Assembly: GCF_021054785.1 (NCBI RefSeq) | Contig: NZ_CP088239.1 | Coordinates: forward strand, 1,830,001-1,862,000 | From: Tannockella kyphosi | GTDB lineage: Bacteria; Bacillota_I; Bacilli_A; Erysipelotrichales; Coprobacillaceae | Direction: 5' to 3' | Length of the DNA: 32,000 nt | Shown here: positions 1 to 7,748 of the stretch, piece after piece | Numbering within the stretch: position 1 is the stretch's first letter | How the letters are laid out: each line of letters opens with the position of its first letter | Position numbers and translations under genes: made by a program | Notes under the pieces: generated by a model | The model's input: the letters and a program-made list of their open reading frames with translations, nothing else | Database searches by the model: none | What the model was told of the DNA's origin: nothing

Positions 1-680
1 AATACATCATGCATCTAGATATTTATAGTAATCCAACCGACACAAAAACATTTATCCCATTTATGGAACGCTATAAAGAATATTATGGAGAATTACCAAC
101 ATATCCTGTTGGAGATGCAGGATATGGAAGTTATGATAATTATATGTACTGTATAAAAAATGGAATGAATTTATCTATGAAGTATAATTATTATGCGATA
201 AAGAATAGTACAAAGTTTAAAAAGAAAATATATCATATACTAAATTTCAAGAAAGATGAAAAAGGAAAATATGTATGTCCTCAAGGACATACATTCAATA
301 TAGATGAAGGGGAAGTATACAATGAAAAAGGAGTATATACCCAAGTACATAGTCGATATAGTTGTGGGAAATGCCATAATTGTCCAGTAAAAAATAAGTG
401 TACAAAATCAACAGGAGAAAGAGTCCTCAACATAAATGTAACTCTTAATCAAATGCAAGAAGAAGTGGATGAAATATTATCTACTGAATTAGGGAAACAA
501 TTAAAATCAAATAGATCAAGTCAAGCAGAAGGAACATTTGGTTTAATAAAACAAGACCTTGGATATCAAAGAATACGAAGAAGAAAAACAGAAAATGTGA
601 AATTAGAACTCATGTTACTGTCAATAGGATATAATTTGCGAAAATATCATCATAAAAAACACAGGAACGCTACGCACTAA
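1..680 (+). mobile_element. IS1182/IS5-like DDE transposase, C-terminal ~225 aa (5' end lies outside the window)
   Basis: ORF 9..680 remains open back to nt 1. It contains VGDAGYGS, a Cys-rich block (CPQGH...CGKCHNCPVKNKC) and a C-terminal SQAEGTFGLIKQDLGYQRIRRR..NV..E motif, which I recognise as IS1182-type. The element ends cannot be defined because the left end is off-window. Confidence 0.65.
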
Positions 681-804
681 TTTAGATAAATAAGAAAATG
701 AAAGAACGAAAAACGTGTTCTACTTTTTATTATGTCCCAAAATGTGAATAACTTCTTATTTTTTTCTGATTAACATAAATTCCTAAAAATAAGGGTAGCA
801 AACT

Positions 805-852
805 AAAAAAAGGCTAACGCCAAAGATTTAAAAATCTTTATGCGTTACAGCC
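805..852 (-). terminator. Rho-independent terminator of the tcdA / 78-aa ORF operon
   Basis: Minus-strand imperfect long hairpin GGCTGTAACGCATAAAGATTT..AAATCTTTGGCGTTAGCC (812-852) followed by T7 (811-805). It starts 9 nt after the ORF stop. Confidence 0.7.
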
Positions 853-860
853 TCTATCTA

Positions 861-1097
861 TTATTTAAAATTCTTTAAAAAACGTTCTACTCCACCCATA
901 TCTACATATTGTTTAGCAAGATTCAAGATGTTGTCATCTTCAAAATCTCCCCCTATAAATAAAGCCGTATCCATAATATCTTTTGTTAAACCTATCAAAA
1001 CATCTTCTCCTAAATCTTGTGTTATTACTTGTTTTACTATTTCTTTACATCTTTGTACATCTTCTTCTGTTTTTTCGATTTGTGTTATACCTTCCAT
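861..1097 (-). CDS. Hypothetical small acidic protein (78 aa), translationally coupled to tcdA
   Basis: ATG lies 1 nt after the tcdA stop, with AAAGGAG embedded in the tcdA 3' end (..ACAAAAGGAGAATAACATGG). No motif recognised. Confidence 0.6.
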   Translation of the reverse strand: MEGITQIEKTEEDVQRCKEIVKQVITQDLGEDVLIGLTKDIMDTALFIGGDFEDDNILNLAKQYVDMGGVERFLKNFK

Positions 1098-1098
1098 G

Positions 1099-1782
1099 TT
1101 ATTCTCCTTTTGTTAGTTGTTCAAATACAAAACTCGCTATTTTAAGTCCTGCACTACTTGGTACAAAACTAATACTACCTGGTGTTCTATCTTGTGTTTG
1201 AATTGGTAATTCTTTTGAATATAAAACATTTGTTTTATATATCCCTCTGTTTTTTAGTTCTTTACGCATTACTTTTGCTAGTGGACAAACACTTGTTTTA
1301 TCAATTGTTGTAATTTCAAATAAACTAGGATTTAGTTTATTTCCTGTTCCCATGGAACTAATAATAGGAATATTTCTTTGATTACAAGCTTCTATTAAAG
1401 CTATTTTAGCTTTAATCGTATCAATAGCATCTACTACATAGTCACAACCTTCTAGAATATATTCTTTATCTTCTCCTGGTAAATAAAACATATCGAAACA
1501 TTCAATATGAATATTTGGATTAATATCAAGGCATCTAGCTTTGGCTATTTCTACTTTCTTTTTTGCAACAGTAGAATGCAAAGCATATAATTGGCGATTT
1601 ATGTTTGTTATATCCACCACATCATGATCCACTAATACTAGATTTCCTATACCAGCACGACATAATGCTTCTACTACATAACTACCTACACCACCTAATC
1701 CTAATATTGCTACTTTCTTTTGTTGCATTTGTTGGATTGGTTCTTCTCCAATAATTTTAATTGTTCTTGAAAACTGTTCCAT
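1099..1782 (-). CDS. tcdA: ThiF/MoeB-family protein, most like tRNA threonylcarbamoyladenosine dehydratase TcdA
   Basis: 227 aa. N-terminal Rossmann motif ILGLGGVGSYVVEAL..G.L.LVDHD.V..TNINRQ. The short single-domain size fits TcdA/CsdL rather than MoeB/ThiF. Confidence 0.7.
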   Translation of the reverse strand: MEQFSRTIKIIGEEPIQQMQQKKVAILGLGGVGSYVVEALCRAGIGNLVLVDHDVVDITNINRQLYALHSTVAKKKVEIAKARCLDINPNIHIECFDMFYLPGEDKEYILEGCDYVVDAIDTIKAKIALIEACNQRNIPIISSMGTGNKLNPSLFEITTIDKTSVCPLAKVMRKELKNRGIYKTNVLYSKELPIQTQDRTPGSISFVPSSAGLKIASFVFEQLTKGE

Positions 1783-1851
1783 ATCACTCCTACTTTCTAG
1801 TACATTCTAACAAATATACGCTATGAAAAAAAGTATACGTTTCTTTTTTTA

Positions 1852-2379
1852 TCATTCACATTCAAAAAAATGAATAATTTCCTCAATACTAACTGGTTTC
1901 ATATCATTTGCATCTACCCCAACATCATATCTTTTGAATCCTTTTTCTTTATTGTTTACGTTATATTGTTTTTCATTGTGTTGGTGCCCATGTAGATGAT
2001 ATGCCCCTCTATAATATCCATCCCACTCTTCTATAGGATAGTGAAACAATACAAAGTATCTATTTCGATATTCTAATATCTTATAGTTGGTAACTTCTTC
2101 TAACAATGACTTATCAAACTCGTTTTGTTTATAAAACTTGTCATGATTTCCTAGTATTAAATGAATACGCCCATTCAACTCTAATAAGATATCTGTTGTT
2201 TTTTCAGCTCCTTTGAATGACAAATCTCCCAAAACATAAACATCATCTTCAACTCCAACAACTTTATTCCAGTTTTTAATAAGTTTTTTATTCATATCTT
2301 CCATATCACTAAATTTTCTATCTTTCATCTTAATTATATTTTTATGATGAAAATGTAAATCAGCTATAAAATAAATCAT
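1852..2379 (-). CDS. Calcineurin-like metallophosphoesterase
   Basis: 175 aa with the metallophosphoesterase motifs D-x-H (ADLHFHH), GD (VLGDLS), GNHD (ILGNHD) and H..HGH (HLHGHQH). Confidence 0.75.
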   Translation of the reverse strand: MIYFIADLHFHHKNIIKMKDRKFSDMEDMNKKLIKNWNKVVGVEDDVYVLGDLSFKGAEKTTDILLELNGRIHLILGNHDKFYKQNEFDKSLLEEVTNYKILEYRNRYFVLFHYPIEEWDGYYRGAYHLHGHQHNEKQYNVNNKEKGFKRYDVGVDANDMKPVSIEEIIHFFECE

Positions 2380-2433
2380 TTTACCACCTCCTATATCTAA
2401 ATATATATTATCACTATGAATTGACTATAGAAA

Positions 2434-2470
2434 GAAAAAAAGATAACTATTACCTAAGTAATTGTTATCT
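2434..2470 (-). terminator. Terminator downstream of thrC-thrB
   Basis: Minus strand AGATAACAATTAC-TTAG-GTAATAGTTATCT (one T.T mismatch) followed by T7. Confidence 0.75.
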
Positions 2471-2482
2471 AAATTTATTTAT

Positions 2483-4870
2483 TTATTCATAATCAACTGT
2501 ATAACCACGCATATCTAGCTCTAGTTTTTGGACTTGCCAATCATTGATTAACTCCCCTAAACTATCTTTTATACGTACTACACCCATTGTATCATCTTCA
2601 CGAATAACAGCCATTAATGTTGGTCCAGCACCAGATAAATAACATCCTAAAATATCTTTATCCGCTTCTAGAATCCCCATAATTTCATCATATCCTTTAA
2701 TTAGATTACCACGATAAGGTTGATGTAAACGATCTTTAAATCCAAACTTCAACCCTTCATCATAACCATTAATTAAAGAAGCTACTAATAAAGCTAAATA
2801 AGAGACATTTGCGATTGCATCTTTTCTAGGTAATACATCTGGTAAAACAGCTCTAGACTCCGCTGTAGATAGTGTAAATGGTGGTATTAATGCTACAAAA
2901 CGATAGTTATGTTGCATTGGTATATTTAAAGTCACTACTTTATCTTGGTCCATAACTGATACTGTCATACCCCCAAAAATAGCAGGTGCTACATTATCTG
3001 GATGTCCTTCTATAGAAGTAGCTAAATCAACAATAGCTTGACGATCATTTGCATTATCTTTTAAGGCATAAGCCCCAACAATACCAGCAACAATACAAGT
3101 AGAACTACTACCTAATCCTCTTGTATAAGGAACATCCCCACTACATTCAATCGTTACTCCTTTAAAATCTAACCCACAATGTTTTGCAGCATCTTTAAAA
3201 GATTGATAAGTCATATTTTCTTCATTACAAAATTGTTGTGGACATCCTTTTATCTCTAAACCATCATTAGTAAGTTCAAAGCTAAATGTATTGTATAAAG
3301 TTAAGGCTAATCCAGCAACATCAAATCCAGGTCCTAGGTTGGCACTAGTAGCAGGAACTCTTACTTTTACTTTCATTATTTTTCTCCTATTTTTTTCTAT
3401 TTCACTACGAATATAATCTAATATTTCTGTTTTATCAATAGATTGAGTATGTAATACTTCTCTATCTTTTAAGTTTACTAATGGTTTAGGAACAGATACT
3501 TTTGTATGTTCATATAATGCATCAATCGCATCTTCTACTTCTTTCATTTCTCCTGTTAAAGCATAATATACTGATTCAGGGAATTTATAAGGAGATGCAG
3601 TTGCTAATACTACTGTTTTTGTTTTATCTTTTGATGTTTCTTGGTATTTTTTATAAACACCATAACCAATAGCAGTATGTGTATCTAATAAATAATTTGT
3701 ATCTTCATAACATGTTTTCACTGTTTCTAATACTTCTTGTTCACTAAGCATTCCTGCTACAAAGTTTTCTTTAATCGTAGCTAACGTACTATCATCTACT
3801 TTATATATCCCAGTTTCTTTTAACTCTTCCATATAAGCATTTACTTTTTCACCATCTTTATTTGTCATAAACCAAACAAATCTTTCTAAATTACTAGATA
3901 CTAAAATATCCATAGCTGGAGCATTTGTTTTATAGAAATCTCTATTTGCATCATAACTACCACTACTAAAGAAGTCTGTTAAAATATTATTTTTATTAGA
4001 AGCAATAATATATTTCTTTACTGGTAATCCCATCATTTTTGCAAAATAACCAGCTAATGCATTTCCAAAGTTCCCACTAGGAATACAAAAATTAATTTCT
4101 TGTCCTAATTCTATTTCTTTATTTTGTACTAATTGACAATAACTATAGAAATAATACACAATTTGTGGTACTAAACGTCCTACATTAATTGAGTTTGCTG
4201 ATGATAAGAAAACTTTATGTAAATCACTAGTTTGTTTTAATTCTTCATTACCAAAAGCTACCTTAACTGCACTTTGAGCATCATCAAAATTCCCTTGAAT
4301 TCCTACTACATCCACATTATTTCCTGTTTGAGTAATCATTTGTAACTGTTGAATTCTAGAAACACCATCTAATGGATAAAATACTTTTAAAGAAGTTCCT
4401 GGAACATCTTTAAATCCTTCTAATGCTGCTTTTCCAGTATCTCCAGAAGTAGCTGCTAAAATCATAACTTCTCTTTCTTCTTTTAATTCTTTTAATGACA
4501 AAGTCATTAAATAAGGTAACAAAGATAAAGCCATATCTTTAAAAGCTGCTGTTTGACCATGGAATAACTCTGCAATATAAGTATCTCCTGCTTTTTCTAC
4601 CGGTACTACTATATCAGGAAATAAATCTTTTCCATATGCTTGCAAACAAGCATCCTTAATTAATTCTTTTCCGGCCTCTGGTACAAAGCTAGCAATAATC
4701 TCTGTTGCTAGTTCATGATAAGGTTTATTTAATAATGTAGTAATATCAAAAGTTGGTAATTCAAATTCAGGTACTAATAATCCTCCATCATTCCCAATTC
4801 CTTGTACGATTGCTTGATAAAAATCAATTGGTTGTTGTTTATTTCTTGTACTTACATATGTTTTTTCCAT
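2483..4870 (-). CDS. thrC/thrB: Threonine synthase (aa 1-498) fused in frame to homoserine kinase (aa 499-795)
   Basis: The N-terminal part has long-form ThrC features (..GGLLVP.., PLP-lysine context AFKDMALS, SGNFGNA). The C-terminal part starts MKVKVRVPATSANLGPGFD (GHMP kinase ThrB N-terminus) and carries GLGSSS. No stop codon separates them. AGGAG (3384-3388) sits 7 nt upstream of Met499 (ATG at 3376). Confidence 0.85.
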   Translation of the reverse strand: MEKTYVSTRNKQQPIDFYQAIVQGIGNDGGLLVPEFELPTFDITTLLNKPYHELATEIIASFVPEAGKELIKDACLQAYGKDLFPDIVVPVEKAGDTYIAELFHGQTAAFKDMALSLLPYLMTLSLKELKEEREVMILAATSGDTGKAALEGFKDVPGTSLKVFYPLDGVSRIQQLQMITQTGNNVDVVGIQGNFDDAQSAVKVAFGNEELKQTSDLHKVFLSSANSINVGRLVPQIVYYFYSYCQLVQNKEIELGQEINFCIPSGNFGNALAGYFAKMMGLPVKKYIIASNKNNILTDFFSSGSYDANRDFYKTNAPAMDILVSSNLERFVWFMTNKDGEKVNAYMEELKETGIYKVDDSTLATIKENFVAGMLSEQEVLETVKTCYEDTNYLLDTHTAIGYGVYKKYQETSKDKTKTVVLATASPYKFPESVYYALTGEMKEVEDAIDALYEHTKVSVPKPLVNLKDREVLHTQSIDKTEILDYIRSEIEKNRRKIMKVKVRVPATSANLGPGFDVAGLALTLYNTFSFELTNDGLEIKGCPQQFCNEENMTYQSFKDAAKHCGLDFKGVTIECSGDVPYTRGLGSSSTCIVAGIVGAYALKDNANDRQAIVDLATSIEGHPDNVAPAIFGGMTVSVMDQDKVVTLNIPMQHNYRFVALIPPFTLSTAESRAVLPDVLPRKDAIANVSYLALLVASLINGYDEGLKFGFKDRLHQPYRGNLIKGYDEIMGILEADKDILGCYLSGAGPTLMAVIREDDTMGVVRIKDSLGELINDWQVQKLELDMRGYTVDYE

Positions 4871-4896
4871 TCGTTTTATTCTCCCAGTCTTAATTT

Positions 4897-4920
4897 TAAT
4901 AAATTGTATACAATTTATTA
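4897..4920. promoter_or_regulatory. 24-bp perfect palindrome (candidate operator) overlapping the thrC-thrB -10
   Basis: TAATAAATTGTATACAATTTATTA is its own reverse complement. Its core ATTGTATACAAT recurs in the hom promoter. Confidence 0.5.
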
Positions 4921-4931
4921 TTCAATGTCAA
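4903..4931 (-). promoter_or_regulatory. Predicted sigma-A promoter of thrC-thrB
   Basis: Minus strand TTGACA (4931-4926), 17-nt spacer, TACAAT (4908-4903). It lies about 35 nt upstream of the start codon region. Confidence 0.55.
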
Positions 4932-4989
4932 TTCATTCGTAAGTTTTTATGACTCTTTTTTATTATTTTATTTTCTTTTTCTGCTTTGA

Positions 4990-5018
4990 TTGACAAGACT
5001 TTAGGAACATGGTAGAGT
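4990..5018 (+). promoter_or_regulatory. Predicted promoter of the MATE transporter gene
   Basis: TTGACA (4990-4995), 17 nt, TGG-TAGAGT (extended -10 TGn plus a 4/6 -10 hexamer at 5013-5018). Confidence 0.45.
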
Positions 5019-5029
5019 CTATTTGCGAT

Positions 5030-5085
5030 GAGCTATAATTTTGCCTATTTCTGATTCAAATAGGACGTTATAGCTCTATTTTTTT
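5030..5085 (+). terminator. Terminator-like leader hairpin directly upstream of the MATE Shine-Dalgarno
   Basis: Outer stem GAGCTATAA (5030-5038) / TTATAGCTC (5068-5076). Inner stem CCTATTT (5044-5050) / AAATAGG (5058-5064). Then TATTTTTTT (5077-5085), GGAGG (5086-5090) and ATG at 5098. Confidence 0.55.
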
Positions 5086-5097
5086 GGAGGAAAATTT

Positions 5098-6420
5098 ATG
5101 AAACAAAACAATATGGCGACTCAGCCAGTATTTCCATTATTATTAAAAATGTCATTACCACCGATGTTATCAATGTTAATTCAATCACTCTATAATATAG
5201 TAGATAGTATGTATGTTGCTTATTTAGGAGAAGATGCCCTTACTGCTATTTCTTTAGCTTATCCTTTACAAAACCTTTCTTTAGCTTTAGCAGTTGGTTT
5301 AGGGATTGGTGTCAATGCCTTAATTGCTCGTAATTTAGGAGCAAATGATCATGAACGTGTTAATGTTATTGCAAGTAATGGTTTGGTGATGACTTTATGT
5401 CATAGTTTATTATTTGTTGTAATTGGTTTGTTTGTTACTGCACCATTCTTTCAGTTATTTACCGATAGTGCTAGTGTCTATCAAGGAGCGATTGTTTATG
5501 GACGTATTGTATTAATATGTGCTATTGGTCAACATATGCATTTGTTTGTTGAAAAGATGTTTCAAGCAACCGGTAATATGATTATACCAATGCTTTTACA
5601 ATTAGTAGGAGCTTGTATTAATCTTATTTTAGATCCTATTTTAATTTTTGGTTATTTTGGAATGCCTGCATTAGGTATTATGGGAGCTGCTATTGCAACC
5701 GTAACGGGTCAAATTTGTACTGCTTTATTAGCTATTTATTTATTACATAAAAAACAAAAGAATATTCATTTTAATCGTACTTATATTAAGATAGAAAATA
5801 TAAAACTAATTTATTCAATTACTATTCCTTCTTCTATTATGCTTGCCTTACCTTCTTTATTAATATCTATATTAAATGCATTACTAGCAACTTTTAGTCA
5901 AACAGCAGTAGCATTCTTTGGTATTTATTACAAATTACAAACATTTATTTATATGCCTTCTTCTGGTATCATCCAAGGGATGAGACCATTAGTAGCCTAT
6001 AATTATGGTGCTAAAGAATATGAACGTGTCCATAAAATTATTCATACAGCAGTGGCATGTATTGGTTCTGTGTTATGTTTAGGAACATGTTTATTCTTAT
6101 TTTTCCCAACATTTATATTGTCCATGTTTAACGCAAATCAAGCAATGTATGATATAGGGATAAATGGGCTGAGAATCCTTTCTATTGGATTTATTTGTTC
6201 TACTTTAGGATTTGGTTTGTCTGGGGTGTTTGAAGCACTGGGGAAAGGGATTTATTCTATGATCGTATCTTTTTGTAGACAATTCTTTATTACGATTGTG
6301 ATTGCTTTTGTAGGAAGTTATTTCTTTGGGGTAACTGCTATTTGGGTTGCATTTATTGTGGCAGAGATATGTGGAAGTATCGTTGCTTTTGCATTTTATA
6401 AACATTTACATTTAAAGTAA
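5098..6420 (+). CDS. MATE-family efflux transporter
   Basis: 440 aa with about 12 predicted TM helices. The N-terminus (..P.LL.MSLP.MLSML.QSLYNIVDS.YV..LGE.AL.A.SL..P) is typical of MATE/NorM-type proteins. Confidence 0.8.
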   Translation: MKQNNMATQPVFPLLLKMSLPPMLSMLIQSLYNIVDSMYVAYLGEDALTAISLAYPLQNLSLALAVGLGIGVNALIARNLGANDHERVNVIASNGLVMTLCHSLLFVVIGLFVTAPFFQLFTDSASVYQGAIVYGRIVLICAIGQHMHLFVEKMFQATGNMIIPMLLQLVGACINLILDPILIFGYFGMPALGIMGAAIATVTGQICTALLAIYLLHKKQKNIHFNRTYIKIENIKLIYSITIPSSIMLALPSLLISILNALLATFSQTAVAFFGIYYKLQTFIYMPSSGIIQGMRPLVAYNYGAKEYERVHKIIHTAVACIGSVLCLGTCLFLFFPTFILSMFNANQAMYDIGINGLRILSIGFICSTLGFGLSGVFEALGKGIYSMIVSFCRQFFITIVIAFVGSYFFGVTAIWVAFIVAEICGSIVAFAFYKHLHLK

Positions 6421-6423
6421 AAG

Positions 6424-6447
6424 AGAAGACTTTTGTCTTCTTTTTTT
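6424..6447 (+). terminator. Terminator of the MATE gene
   Basis: AGAAGAC-TTTT-GTCTTCT followed by a T-run, beginning 4 nt after the stop. Confidence 0.75.
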
Positions 6448-6505
6448 GTGTTTAATAGAAATTTTACGTGTGAAAACTTTAATTATTCGAATATCTGCAT
6501 ATATA

Positions 6506-6534
6506 TTGACTATTGTATACAATAATGCTATGAT
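6506..6534 (+). promoter_or_regulatory. Predicted promoter of hom-asd
   Basis: TTGACT (6506-6511), 17 nt, TATGAT (6529-6534). Confidence 0.55.
6511..6524. promoter_or_regulatory. 14-bp perfect palindrome TATTGTATACAATA (candidate operator) in the hom promoter spacer
   Basis: Self-complementary. It shares the 12-bp core ATTGTATACAAT with the palindrome at 4897-4920. Confidence 0.5.
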
Positions 6535-6549
6535 GTCATAAATTAGAAA

Positions 6550-6576
6550 ACCAACACATCGAGTTGGTGTTTTTTT
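6550..6576 (+). terminator. Short hairpin plus U-run in the hom leader
   Basis: ACCAAC (6550-6555), 7-nt loop, GTTGGT (6563-6568), then G and T7 (6570-6576), followed by AAGGAG and ATG at 6591. The stem is only 6 bp. Confidence 0.35.
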
Positions 6577-6590
6577 AAAGGAGTCGGGAT

Positions 6591-7745
6591 ATGAAAATTG
6601 GGGTAATTGGACTTGGGACAGTCGGTTTTGGAGTAGTTGATATTTTATCAAAAGAGAAGGATCGCTTAGCTAAAGCAATCCAAGAAGAAGTAGTATTAAA
6701 ATATGCTTGTGGTTTAGAAGAAATAGAGTTACCAGAAGGAATTCTTTATACAAAGGATTATAAGGAAGTAGTAAATGATCCTGAAGTAGATGTAGTAGTT
6801 GAATTAATTGGAGGTACTACTATTGCAAAAAGTATTATCTTAGAGTCTATTTATAATAAAAAACATGTTGTAACAGCTAATAAAGCTTTATTAGCTCATG
6901 ATGGAAAAGAAATATTTAAAGCAGCCAAAGAAAATAATGTCCATATATTTTATGAAGCATCTGTTGGTGGAGGAATACCTGTTTTAGTAAGTCAAAAGGA
7001 AAGCTTTATCGCTAATAATACATTAGAGATAGCAGGTATCTTAAATGGGACAACTAACTTTATCTTATCTTTAATGGAAAAAGATAACTTATCTTTTGAA
7101 GAAGCTTTACAAATAGCAAGTGATTTAGGTTACGTAGAAGCAAATCCAGCATTGGATTTAGATGGAGTGGATGCTGCTCATAAAATAGCAATCCTAGCAA
7201 TGAACGGCTTTGAAACATATGCTCCTTTTGATGATATTCAACCATCTGGTATCCGTAATGTTACCAAGTTAGATATGGATATTGCATTCAAACTAGGTTA
7301 TCGTATTAAACTAATTGCTCAAGCTAAATTAGTTCCTGGTGGCATTGGAATTGATGTTGGGGCAACACTTGTAAGTTTAGAGTCTTTAGTAGCAAATGTA
7401 ATGGGCTCTTATAACGTAGTTGAAATAAATGGTGACTATGTTAATGATATTGTCTACTATGGTCGTGGTGCTGGAAGACACGTCACTGCTAGTGCTGTTG
7501 TTAGTGATATTATGAAAACAGTACAAGAAAGACGTTGGAATCATGATTATAAAGAAGGTACTAAGGTGTTCCCTATTACCTTATCAAAATACTATATTCG
7601 TTCTTCTAGTGTTCTACCAATTGAATTCTTAGAATATTATAGTGAAAAAGATAATCATGTTTATATTGTAGATGAAATAGAATTATCAAAATTAAAACAA
7701 AAATTAGAAGGGTTTGAATATGTATTATTCAAAGTAAGAGGATAA
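6591..7745 (+). CDS. hom: Homoserine dehydrogenase
   Basis: 384 aa. N-terminal NAD fold IGVIGLGTVGFGV, ..VVTANKAL.., EASVGGGIP, LNGTTNFIL, and GY.EA.P..D..G.DAAHK. Confidence 0.9.
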   Translation: MKIGVIGLGTVGFGVVDILSKEKDRLAKAIQEEVVLKYACGLEEIELPEGILYTKDYKEVVNDPEVDVVVELIGGTTIAKSIILESIYNKKHVVTANKALLAHDGKEIFKAAKENNVHIFYEASVGGGIPVLVSQKESFIANNTLEIAGILNGTTNFILSLMEKDNLSFEEALQIASDLGYVEANPALDLDGVDAAHKIAILAMNGFETYAPFDDIQPSGIRNVTKLDMDIAFKLGYRIKLIAQAKLVPGGIGIDVGATLVSLESLVANVMGSYNVVEINGDYVNDIVYYGRGAGRHVTASAVVSDIMKTVQERRWNHDYKEGTKVFPITLSKYYIRSSSVLPIEFLEYYSEKDNHVYIVDEIELSKLKQKLEGFEYVLFKVRG

Positions 7746-7748
7746 ACA

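Noticed and set aside
681-804. An attempt to define the right inverted repeat of the IS element.
   Set aside because: The left end is outside the window, so there is no partner repeat to compare. No boundary can be supported.
5009-5038. A 9-codon uORF (MVESICDEL) whose stop lies in the 5' arm of the MATE leader hairpin. It might be a ribosome-stalling leader peptide.
   Set aside because: Its only SD-like sequence (AGGA) is 2 nt from the ATG, which is too close. The ORF also overlaps the best promoter candidate and would then not be transcribed. It stays an open possibility only if the true TSS is further upstream.
7500-7745. The short C-terminal region of homoserine dehydrogenase (about 75 aa after the catalytic domain), considered as a possible loss of the regulatory ACT domain.
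   Set aside because: The remaining length could still hold a divergent ACT fold. I cannot decide this from sequence by eye.
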